Positions 37,006 through 44,791 of a DNA stretch of 64,000 nucleotides are shown here, in pieces (the first letter of the stretch is position 1; every line of letters starts with the position of its first letter). Below the pieces are notes generated by a model. It searched no databases, was not told the origin of the DNA, and was given only the letters and a program-made list of their open reading frames with translations. A program made the translations under genes and the position numbers. This DNA is from Acidimicrobiales bacterium (GTDB lineage: Bacteria; Actinomycetota; Acidimicrobiia; Acidimicrobiales; CATQHL01): positions 197,499 through 261,498 of the forward strand of contig CBDEFI010000002.1 in the NCBI GenBank assembly GCA_965237375.1. Direction: 5' to 3'.

Positions 37006-38839
37006 CGGCTCCGGAGGTTCCCGCCGCCAGGATCAGTTCGGCATCGGGGTCGCCCGGGGGCGGAATCTTCAGGCGCCGCAGGGCGATCCGGGCCAGTTCG
37101 GCGAATGCCGGCGCCGCCGCGCTCCCACCGTAGATGGAGGTTGTTGGCTCGTCGATGAGCACGACCAGGGAGAGTTCCGGCGCCGAGGCGGGCAGGAACC
37201 CGGCGAAGGCGGCAACGTAGTGGTAGTTGCCGGCCGCATCGGTGTAGCCGCCATTGGGCTGGGGTTTACGTGCCGTACCGGTCTTGCCGGCGACCTCGTA
37301 GTTCTCCACCGCCGCCTGCTTGCCTGTGCCCTCCGACACGGCGTCGCGGAGCATCCCGCGCATGTACGCGGCAGCGGCTTCGGACAGCACCCGGCGCGGC
37401 GCCTTGCTCGCTTCGGGGGTCCAGGTGCTGCCGTCGGGCGCGACTACTTCGGCCACGATGCGTGCCGGGACGTAGACGCCGTCGTTGGCAATGGTGTTGA
37501 ACCCCTGCAGTAGTTGCAGGGGGGTGAGCGAGATGCCCTGGCCGATGGCGATGGTGGCGAGAGAGGTTCCCGACCAGTTCCGTACTGCCGGCAGCAGCCC
37601 GGGAGACTCCCCGTAGAGCCCGAGCCCGCTGGTGTCGCCGAGCCCGAATTCCCGCAGGTAGCCATCCAAGGTCGTGGCGCCTAGGTCCTGTGCCCACAGG
37701 ATGGTGCCGATGTTGGAGGAGCGCACCACGATGTCGCGCACCGAGTAGTCCAGCACAGGGTGTGGGCTGTAGTCGGAGAACTCCGAGTCGTAGATCATGA
37801 GCCGATCCGGCACTGGACGAGTCGTGGAAGGACCGGCCAGACCGGCGTCCAGCAGCGCGGAGAAGGTCAGCCCCTTGAGCACCGATCCGGGTTCGAAAGT
37901 CCATGTCAGGGCCCTGTTCTCCTGCCCGATCAGAGTCTCACCGTCTTCAGAGAGTGTGACGGTGGCCATTGCCAGGATCTCCCCGGTGGCAGGGCGGCTG
38001 AGGATCATCACACCTCCCTGCGCCTCGGTCTCCCGCACCTGATCGGCCAGGATGCGTGTCGTCTCGAACTGCAGCAGCCGGTCGATCGTCAGCCGGAGGT
38101 CCGACCCGTGCACCGCGGGGGTGAACTCGCTGTGCCCGCCCGGGACACTGCGCCCACCCGGGTATTCCTCTCGGACGAGGGACCCGGCTGTGCCTGTCAG
38201 GATGTCGTTGTAGAGGTACTCGATGCCCGCCATCCCGTTGTGGTCGAGACTCACCGTCCCCACTACTTCGCCGGCCAGATCGCCGAGCGGGTACACGCGT
38301 CGGGCTTCAGGGCGCGTGGCGATGCCTCGTAGTCCCAGCGCGTCGATCTCCTCGGCGCGCTCCGGCGACACCTGCCGCTCGAGGTACACGAACTCTCCGG
38401 GTACGGACATCTTCTGGGCCAACACCATGACCTCGATTCCCAGCACGGGCGCCAGCCGGCGCGCGTCGGCCACCGGGTCGGTCACCAGCGAGGGATCGGC
38501 GTAGACCGCGGTCCACTCCAGCGAGGTGGCCAGCGGTTCGCCCGTCCGGTCCAAGATGTCACCGCGTCGGCCCATGGTGTGGGTGGTATGGATCCGGTGA
38601 TTCTCTCCCCAGGCCACGATCCCGTCGGCCCGGAGGAACTGCAGGTCGTAGGTTCTCCAGACGAGCCCGGCGGCCATTGCCATCAAGGCCAGAACCAGGA
38701 CCGCTCGACGGCCCCGCGAGCGGAACCTCGCCGCTGAGCCGGATCGCCGCTGTGCAGCCGATGAACGGCCACCGGGGGATGCGGAGCGATGTCGAGGGGC
38801 TTTCGGCGACTCATGGGCGGGGGTGTGCTTCCTGCTCAA
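36995..38839 (-). CDS. ftsI: class B penicillin-binding protein / septal transpeptidase FtsI
   Basis: SxxK (GSVLKG), SxN (RSSNIG) and KTG (GKTGTA) motifs, with an N-terminal TM helix VLVLALMAMAAGLVW. I prefer the in-frame TTG at 38839, 8 nt after the ftsL-like stop. The track start, GTG 38917, would overlap that gene by 70 nt. Confidence 0.88.
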   Translation of the reverse strand: MSRKHTPAHESPKAPRHRSASPGGRSSAAQRRSGSAARFRSRGRRAVLVLALMAMAAGLVWRTYDLQFLRADGIVAWGENHRIHTTHTMGRRGDILDRTGEPLATSLEWTAVYADPSLVTDPVADARRLAPVLGIEVMVLAQKMSVPGEFVYLERQVSPERAEEIDALGLRGIATRPEARRVYPLGDLAGEVVGTVSLDHNGMAGIEYLYNDILTGTAGSLVREEYPGGRSVPGGHSEFTPAVHGSDLRLTIDRLLQFETTRILADQVRETEAQGGVMILSRPATGEILAMATVTLSEDGETLIGQENRALTWTFEPGSVLKGLTFSALLDAGLAGPSTTRPVPDRLMIYDSEFSDYSPHPVLDYSVRDIVVRSSNIGTILWAQDLGATTLDGYLREFGLGDTSGLGLYGESPGLLPAVRNWSGTSLATIAIGQGISLTPLQLLQGFNTIANDGVYVPARIVAEVVAPDGSTWTPEASKAPRRVLSEAAAAYMRGMLRDAVSEGTGKQAAVENYEVAGKTGTARKPQPNGGYTDAAGNYHYVAAFAGFLPASAPELSLVVLIDEPTTSIYGGSAAAPAFAELARIALRRLKIPPPGDPDAELILAAGTSGAGDG

Positions 38840-38846
38840 CGCCGCC

Positions 38847-39230
38847 TCACCGGGCCGGAGCTTCGGAGGGAACCAGGTAGACGACGGTGGTGGGGGTAAC
38901 CATGCCCAGCCGCTCACCGGCTTCGCGGCGCAGGCGAGCCGGCGAGAGCAGTTCGGCCCGGCGCATGTGCAGCAGACGATCCATATCGGTGGACTCGGAA
39001 ATCTGCGTGTTCAACTGATCGATCCGGCCCTGCGCCTGCGTCACGACCGCCTGCACGACACCGGTTGCGAACAGGCCGACGAACAACGAGAGGATGACGA
39101 TCGTGCCGATCCGCCGTATCCAGGCCAGGTCACCGCGGGGTGGCGGTACCACCTCCAGACGGCGCGGTTCGGCGGGGCGTCGGGAGGACGCCGGTTCGGG
39201 CACAGAGGGGCGACGAGCGGGACGACTCAC
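38847..39230 (-). CDS. ftsL: FtsL-like septation membrane protein
   Basis: GTG at 39230 overlaps the rsmH stop (GTGA). It has a Pro/Arg-rich tail, one TM helix (IGTIVILSLFVGLFATGVV), a coiled coil, and LLSPARLRREAGERLGMVTP, which is typical of FtsL C-termini. Confidence 0.65.
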   Translation of the reverse strand: MSRPARRPSVPEPASSRRPAEPRRLEVVPPPRGDLAWIRRIGTIVILSLFVGLFATGVVQAVVTQAQGRIDQLNTQISESTDMDRLLHMRRAELLSPARLRREAGERLGMVTPTTVVYLVPSEAPAR

Positions 39231-40177
39231 GCGACGGCCTCCCCCAGCTTCTCGAATGAGCGCATGCGGGCACTCGCCGAGCGTGGATTGCGCTCGACCT
39301 CGACGGGGTCCGGGCGCTGCGCCCGCCGTGACAGCAGGCGGATGCGCGGCGTGAAGCCACAGACGCAGGGCAGCTTCGGCGGGCAACCACAATCGGCGCC
39401 GGCGGCCCCGGTCAGCACATCCTTGGCGATGCGGTCCTCGCCCGAGTGATAGCTCAGCACGACACCCCGCCCCCGGGGGGCGAGGAACTCGATGGCCTGC
39501 GTCAGGGCCGGGCGTATCTGCTCCAGCTCCTCGTTGACCGTGATGCGCAGTGCCTGGAAGCTGCGTTTGGCGGGGTGACCTCCCCGGCGCCGGTAGCGGG
39601 CGGGAATGGCCGAACCGATGACCTCCGCCAGTTCCACGGTGTCCTCCAACGGTCGCCGCGCCACGATGGCCCGAGCGATCCGCAGCGCATGCGGCTCGTC
39701 GCCGTAACGCTTCAGCAGATCCGCCAGTCGCTCGGTGGGCCATTCGTTGATGATCTCGGCAGCAGTTGGATCGGACTCCGGATCCATGCGCATGTCAATG
39801 CGTCCGGCGTGGCGGTAGCTGAAACCTCGCCCGGGAGTGTCCAGTTGCATGGAGCTGACACCGAGGTCGAACAGCACACCGGCCAGGCGGGTTATTCCCA
39901 ACCCCGCCAACGCCTCGCCGAGGCGATCGAACCGCTGCCGGCGAAGGGAGACTCGCTGCGGGAGCCGCCGGGAGGCGATGGCAAGCGCCTCGGGATCACG
40001 GTCCAGCCCGACGCAGGTCAGATCCGGGCGACGAGCCAGGACGGCAGCGGTGTGGCCGCCGGCCCCGACTGTGGCATCCAGGAAGACCCCGGGTGGGATC
40101 GTCTCCAGCACCGCGACCACCTCTTGCACCATGGCTGCTTCGTGCCCGCCGCCCGCGGCGGCCTCATGCTCGGCCAC
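39227..40177 (-). CDS. rsmH: 16S rRNA (cytosine1402-N4)-methyltransferase
   Basis: DATVGAGGHTAAVL (SAM motif), DLGVSSMQLD and SYHSGEDRIAKD. Confidence 0.95.
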   Translation of the reverse strand: MAEHEAAAGGGHEAAMVQEVVAVLETIPPGVFLDATVGAGGHTAAVLARRPDLTCVGLDRDPEALAIASRRLPQRVSLRRQRFDRLGEALAGLGITRLAGVLFDLGVSSMQLDTPGRGFSYRHAGRIDMRMDPESDPTAAEIINEWPTERLADLLKRYGDEPHALRIARAIVARRPLEDTVELAEVIGSAIPARYRRRGGHPAKRSFQALRITVNEELEQIRPALTQAIEFLAPRGRGVVLSYHSGEDRIAKDVLTGAAGADCGCPPKLPCVCGFTPRIRLLSRRAQRPDPVEVERNPRSASARMRSFEKLGEAVA

Positions 40178-40197
40178 GGCGCCGCTGCGCCCGCCGG

Positions 40198-40323
40198 TCG
40201 CCCTTCAGCAATCCCCCGGTTGCCAGGACCTCGCTGGGATTACTCCCGACGCAAGGGCTTTGGCAAGTGTGCGGAGTAGGGATTACGTGTCCTCCTGTCA
40301 ACCGAGGGATTGCTGAAGGGCGA
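40198..40323 (-). promoter_or_regulatory. long hairpin closed by a perfect 18-bp inverted repeat in the mraZ-rsmH spacer (candidate leader RNA, or a MITE-like insert)
   Basis: tcgcccttcagcaatccc (40198-40215) is the exact reverse complement of gggattgctgaagggcga (40306-40323). Inner complementary segments are ggttgacagga/tcctggcaacc and tactcc/ggagta on the transcribed strand. The GGGATT(A/G)C word occurs three times directly plus once inverted. Confidence 0.45.
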
Positions 40324-40342
40324 CCGTTCGCGGGGTGACCGT

Positions 40343-40813
40343 TCACAGCCAACTGCTTCCGGCCCAGGAATCCAGGCCCGTCTCGTCGGTGTAGGCGTCT
40401 GCCCCACCGACTTTTTCCAGCCACATTTCGGCGTTCCACAACTCGATGCGTTCGCCGACCCCGGCCACGAACACCCGCGCATCATCCGCGGCCGCCTCCA
40501 CACGGAGGGTGTCGCGCAGAGGCTCGGGGACGACGATGCGCCCCTGGACATCGGGCCTCACCGGGTAGCCGTTGCCGGAGAACCAGCGCAGTAGGTTCTG
40601 CCCGTCGCCCCGTGTGCGGACCTGCTCCTCGAGCCTGCGGTAGGCGGCGTCGAAGCTCTGCTGGCGCCACAACCCCAGGCAGGGCCATCCCGGCACCCGC
40701 CCCAGGACGCAGCGGTCGTCCTCGTCGGAGGTCCGCCGGAACTCCGGCGGCAGCGAAACACGCCACTTGCCGTCGAGGGAGCGCTCGTGGCTTCCGGAGA
40801 AAGTTCTGGTCAT
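40343..40813 (-). CDS. mraZ: transcriptional regulator MraZ
   Basis: 156 aa with two SpoVT/AbrB-like halves (DGKWRVSLPPEFRR and QGRIVVPEPLRD). It is the first gene of the dcw operon. Confidence 0.95.
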   Translation of the reverse strand: MTRTFSGSHERSLDGKWRVSLPPEFRRTSDEDDRCVLGRVPGWPCLGLWRQQSFDAAYRRLEEQVRTRGDGQNLLRWFSGNGYPVRPDVQGRIVVPEPLRDTLRVEAAADDARVFVAGVGERIELWNAEMWLEKVGGADAYTDETGLDSWAGSSWL

Positions 40814-40895
40814 GTGCTTCTCGCGGTCTGGGCGTGTTCGCGATCTGTGTCAGAGGGCCGGACTTCCTCGGCGAACTCCAGCCAACTGGCGACAG

Positions 40896-40946
40896 ATTAT
40901 AGGGACTAAATCCCTCGCTTCACCACACTACCCCACTTCACCCCAC
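40896..40946 (-). promoter_or_regulatory. putative mraZ promoter (-10 TATAAT) with three 10-bp-phased GTGG(G/T) boxes upstream (MraZ-operator-like)
   Basis: Minus-strand reading: GTGGGGtgaaGTGGGGtagtGTGGTGaagcgAGGGAtttagTCCCTATAAT. The boxes are at 40941-46, 40931-36 and 40921-26, the AGGGA/TCCCT palindrome at 40901-15, and TATAAT at 40901-40896, about 83 nt before the mraZ ATG. Confidence 0.5.
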
Positions 40947-41019
40947 CAAGCAAACGAAACGGACCCCGCGCGGATGGGGAAATCAGCTGATGACGGGGCC
41001 GAGAAAAGAGAGGAGGAAC

Positions 41020-41724
41020 CTACGCTGCCAAGGCCTGCCGGAAGGCGGCGAGGAGCTGATCCTCGCTGAGCGGCACGCCGCGGGCGCATCCGGCGAGATG
41101 ACCCTCCAGGGCTGAGCGCTCCGGCGGCGGCAGCGCCAACAACCCGGTGAGCGCATCGGGTACCCAGTGCCGCAGCAGGCCCGATTGGAAACGGGCGCAG
41201 GTGCTGCTGCGCCGCTGGGACAGGCCGAGCACCTTGGCCCCCTCCACGATCAGTTCCCCCGGGCCGCGGCCGGCAAAGCACACCAGCGATCCCCAAGGAC
41301 CCGGCTCGTAGGGACCGGCGTGCACCTCCCCTGCCACACCACACGCTGCCAGAGCCCGCTGCCAGGCCTTGCCCAACCACTCGAAGGCTCGGCCCACGTC
41401 GGGGTGCCAGAGTGGATCGGACCGCGGTACCAGCACGTCCACCCAGAGAAGCTCACCGGGACGAACCAGGACCGCTCCCCCGCCGGACCGCCGCCGCAGG
41501 ACCGGCAGATTCCGCCTCCTCGCCGCCGCAACATCCACGACATCCGGGCGTTGCCCGCTGCCGAGGACGAGGGCGCCGGAATCGGGACGCATGATCCAGA
41601 CCTCCCGGCATGGCCGGAGCGGGAGCGCCAGTTCGTGCAACTGCTGCACCGAGCCGGTTTGCTCGACGACCCTCCAAGGCGCCGGCGTCTCGGCCGGCGG
41701 AGGGATCGCTGCCGGTGGAATCAC
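41020..41724 (-). CDS. lipoate/biotin protein ligase-like (BPL_LplA_LipB catalytic domain) protein
   Basis: The GTG start overlaps the HNH-gene stop (GTGA). LRRRSGGGAVLV and CFAGRGPGELIVEGAKVLGLSQRR follow the RR.SGGGaV / G.K..G.aQ pattern with the conserved lysine. Confidence 0.7.
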   Translation of the reverse strand: MIPPAAIPPPAETPAPWRVVEQTGSVQQLHELALPLRPCREVWIMRPDSGALVLGSGQRPDVVDVAAARRRNLPVLRRRSGGGAVLVRPGELLWVDVLVPRSDPLWHPDVGRAFEWLGKAWQRALAACGVAGEVHAGPYEPGPWGSLVCFAGRGPGELIVEGAKVLGLSQRRSSTCARFQSGLLRHWVPDALTGLLALPPPERSALEGHLAGCARGVPLSEDQLLAAFRQALAA

Positions 41725-42230
41725 GCGGACAGAGCCCGGTCGTCCCGCAGGTACGCGCTCCAGTGGTCAGGCACCTCGGCGGTGCTGAGGCGGATCAGGG
41801 TGATCCACGTAGGTGGTCGGGGTTTCCGGTACAGGCGCATGCCGCTCTCGCTCAGCAGGCGATCCCGCTTGTGGGTGTTGCAGCGCCGGCAGGCCGCGAC
41901 CACATTGTCCCAGGTGTGCGCGCCACCGCGGCTTCGGGGACGCACGTGGTCGATGCTGTCAGCGCGCCGCCCGCAGTACTGGCAGCGGTGGTCGTCACGC
42001 GCCAGCACACCACGCCGGCTGAGCGAGCCCCGACGCAGGTAGGGGACGCGCACGAAGTACTGCAGCCGTACGACCGAAGGAATCTCGACCCGCAGATTCT
42101 CCGATCGCAGAACCGCCCCGGAGAAGTGCACCGCGTCGGCTTTCCCATCGAGCACCAGCACAGCGGCACGGCGCGCAGGCACCACGCTCAGGGGCTCGTT
42201 CGTCGCGTTCAGTACCAGAGCTAGGGTCAC
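41721..42230 (-). CDS. HNH endonuclease (McrA-like, COG1403 type)
   Basis: RDDHRCQYCGRRADSIDHVRPRSRGGAHTWDNVVAACRRCNTHK is a complete HNH motif with a zinc-binding CxxC...CxxC. GTG at 42230 gives 169 aa. Confidence 0.8.
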   Translation of the reverse strand: MTLALVLNATNEPLSVVPARRAAVLVLDGKADAVHFSGAVLRSENLRVEIPSVVRLQYFVRVPYLRRGSLSRRGVLARDDHRCQYCGRRADSIDHVRPRSRGGAHTWDNVVAACRRCNTHKRDRLLSESGMRLYRKPRPPTWITLIRLSTAEVPDHWSAYLRDDRALSA

Positions 42231-42241
42231 GGCCTCACAAA

Positions 42242-42529
42242 CTATCCCCTGCGCACCAGTGCGACCGACCGTCCGCTCGAGCACAGGCGCCGCAGTGACC
42301 GCGCCCAAGTCAGCCAACGCAGTACGTCAGCGGTGGAGGGAACCCGCGACGGGTCTCCGTACGCCGTGACGGCGCGAAACTCCCGGTAGGGCGCCGAACT
42401 CGCGGCACGTGCCTGCCGCAGAGCCTCCCGCCAGAGCGCCGGACGGCAGGCCACCCCCCAGCCGACGGCCACAACCGAACGCAGGATCACACCGCGGCGA
42501 GCGGTCATGCGACTTGTCCGGCCCACCAT
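42242..42529 (-). CDS. hypothetical small protein
   Basis: A 95-aa ORF ending 12 nt upstream of the HNH gene start, on the same strand, with moderately host-like third-position bias. I recognise no motif. Confidence 0.35.
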   Translation of the reverse strand: MVGRTSRMTARRGVILRSVVAVGWGVACRPALWREALRQARAASSAPYREFRAVTAYGDPSRVPSTADVLRWLTWARSLRRLCSSGRSVALVRRG

Positions 42530-42612
42530 CGGCCTACCCTAATGGCAGCAAAAGGCGCGCCCGGGATCTACCGCGATGCGCCACCCACGAGAGCCGACCA
42601 CGCACCGGATGT

Positions 42613-43608
42613 GTGAACGTGACGAACGCGACCCCCGATTCGACAGCCGGCTTCCCAACCGCAGGGAGCTTCGCGGCAACCTTCGAAGCCATCGTCGACA
42701 ACGTCGAGCGGGTCGTCAAGGGCAAACGCCGTCTCGTCAGGCTGATGCTGCTGTGCCTGTTCGCCGAGGGGCACGTCCTCCTGCGGGATCCGCCGGGCGT
42801 CGGCAAAACCGTCCTGGCAAAGACGGTGGCCCGTTCCCTGGGGCTGGACTTCGGCCGGGTCCAGTTCACGCCCGACCTTCTGCCCGGCGACGTCATTGGC
42901 GTGTCGCTGTGGAATCCGGGCGAGAACGGCTTCGAGTTCAGGCCCGGCCCGGTGTTCGCCGGACTCCTTCTCGCGGACGAGATCAACCGCACCTCCCCCC
43001 GGACGCAGTCCGCCCTCCTCGAGGCCATGGCGGAACGCCAGGTGACCGTCGACGGGATCACCCACCCTCTCGCGTCACCCTTCCTGGTCATCGCCACGGA
43101 GAACTCTCAGGACGACGAAGGCACCTTTCCACTGCCCACGAGCCAGTTGGACCGTTTCCTCATGAGCCTGAGCGCGGGGCTGCCCGACCGCGCCGCTGAA
43201 GCCGAGATTCTCGACACCCACGTCGCCGGGACACCGCTGGACGGCCTCGCGGCGATCACGGACATCCATTCGGTGCAGGTCATGATCAAGATCGTCCGCT
43301 CGGTACACGTGGCACCCGCGATCCGGGAGTATCTCGTGGATCTGGCCGGGGCCAGCCGCGCCCACGGAGCCGTTGCCACGGGCATGTCACCGCGCGCCAC
43401 GCTCGGGTTGCAGCGGGTCGCGCAGGCGCGGGCCGCAGCAGCAGGGCGCAACTTCGTGCTGCCCGACGACGTGAAGGACGTGGTTCGGCCCGTTCTGGCG
43501 CATCGCATGACACTGCTCCCCGAAGCCCGCCTAGGCGGCACCCCCTCCGCCGCCGTCATCGAAGAGATTCTGGTCAACACCCCCAGCCCACCGGTCACCG
43601 TTCGCTGA
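42613..43608 (+). CDS. moxR: MoxR-family AAA+ ATPase
   Basis: GTG at 42613 (or 42619). Walker A DPPGVGKT, Walker B LLLADEINR, and the SPRATLGL lid region. Confidence 0.92.
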   Translation: MNVTNATPDSTAGFPTAGSFAATFEAIVDNVERVVKGKRRLVRLMLLCLFAEGHVLLRDPPGVGKTVLAKTVARSLGLDFGRVQFTPDLLPGDVIGVSLWNPGENGFEFRPGPVFAGLLLADEINRTSPRTQSALLEAMAERQVTVDGITHPLASPFLVIATENSQDDEGTFPLPTSQLDRFLMSLSAGLPDRAAEAEILDTHVAGTPLDGLAAITDIHSVQVMIKIVRSVHVAPAIREYLVDLAGASRAHGAVATGMSPRATLGLQRVAQARAAAAGRNFVLPDDVKDVVRPVLAHRMTLLPEARLGGTPSAAVIEEILVNTPSPPVTVR

Positions 43609-43618
43609 TCGGGGCTCC

Positions 43619-44791
43619 ATGTTGACCCGCGCCGGCGTTCTGACACTCCTGCTGTCGGTGGCGTCGGGAGCGGCGGCGGTGCTCTTCGGAGTGCCGGAAC
43701 TGTTCCTCGCCGCGGTCGTGAGCGCCGGATTGACCCTCGTGGCCGTCGCGGTGGTCTCCGTGCGGCCACCTCTGTGGGTCACCGCCACGCCGGCGTCGAG
43801 ACGGGTTCCGTGCGGAACACCCCTCGGTGTGCTGCTGCGCGCCGGCAACGGGGCGCGGCGGCGTGCCATACGCTCGGCGGACATCGTCGACGTGGCCGCG
43901 GATCTGCCGGCGCCCGCGCTGGCACTGGGGCGACTGCCGTCGGGCGCCGTCGTCGAGACCTCCTACCACCTTTCGAGCGACCGCCGCGGCTGGCGCGACA
44001 TCGGCCCGCTGTGGATCGAGATGACCGATCCGTTCGGCCTCGCCCGGCTCCGACACAGCGCCGCGCCGCGCAGCCGGGTGCTCGTCTGGCCCCGCGTCGA
44101 GGACATGGGTGCACTGCCTGAGGAGATAGACGCCGCCGCCGAACAGCGGCGGCGCGCCCGGTTCATCGGCGGTGCCGAGACGGACTTCCACAGCCTGCGG
44201 AGGTATGAGCCGGGTGACAACCCTCACCGCATCCACTGGCCCTCGAGTACCCGCTACCGGGAGTTGCTGGTGCGTCGCTTCGAGACCTTCGAGCATCCCG
44301 AAACACTGATCTATCTGGAGACCGACCCCGCAGTGGCCTCGGCCCGGACCTTCGAGCGCATTGTGTCGACGGCTGCGGGGCTGGCCACGGCCGCCGCGGC
44401 CTCCGGCGGGGTGCTCCGGCTGTTCACCCGCGCCGGCTCGGTGACCACAACGACGGGCGGTCCGGCACCGCTGCTCGATGCCCTGGCACTCGTCGCTCAG
44501 CACCCCCCTGGAGAGCTGCGGGCACCGTTTCTTCCCGAAGCCCCGCCACGTGCCACCCTGCTGGCCATCATCGGTGACGTGGACCCGGAGCGGCCACTGG
44601 TGCTGCCGACCGCGCCGGGACGCAGGATCGTTGTCCAGTTCTGGGAGCAGGGGAGGCCACTGGCGCACCCCGAGGTCGTAACGGTTGGGCCGGAGGAATC
44701 CCCGGCCGACCGGTGGCGGGCGCACTGGCCGGCGGGCGCGACCCGAGCCGGCGCGGACGGAGGCGGACGCGCCGTCGGAGCGGCCCGGTGA
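43619..44791 (+). CDS. DUF58-domain protein (MoxR partner)
   Basis: Two N-terminal TM helices and the DUF58 signature FHSLRRYEPGDNPHRIHWPSSTR. Confidence 0.85.
   Translation: MLTRAGVLTLLLSVASGAAAVLFGVPELFLAAVVSAGLTLVAVAVVSVRPPLWVTATPASRRVPCGTPLGVLLRAGNGARRRAIRSADIVDVAADLPAPALALGRLPSGAVVETSYHLSSDRRGWRDIGPLWIEMTDPFGLARLRHSAAPRSRVLVWPRVEDMGALPEEIDAAAEQRRRARFIGGAETDFHSLRRYEPGDNPHRIHWPSSTRYRELLVRRFETFEHPETLIYLETDPAVASARTFERIVSTAAGLATAAAASGGVLRLFTRAGSVTTTTGGPAPLLDALALVAQHPPGELRAPFLPEAPPRATLLAIIGDVDPERPLVLPTAPGRRIVVQFWEQGRPLAHPEVVTVGPEESPADRWRAHWPAGATRAGADGGGRAVGAAR

Noticed and set aside
40952-41019. Intrinsic terminator after the LplA-like gene
   Set aside because: Only a 4-bp CCCC/GGGG stem followed by a weakly T-rich tract (tccgtttcgtttgc on the minus strand) is present, which is too weak to call.
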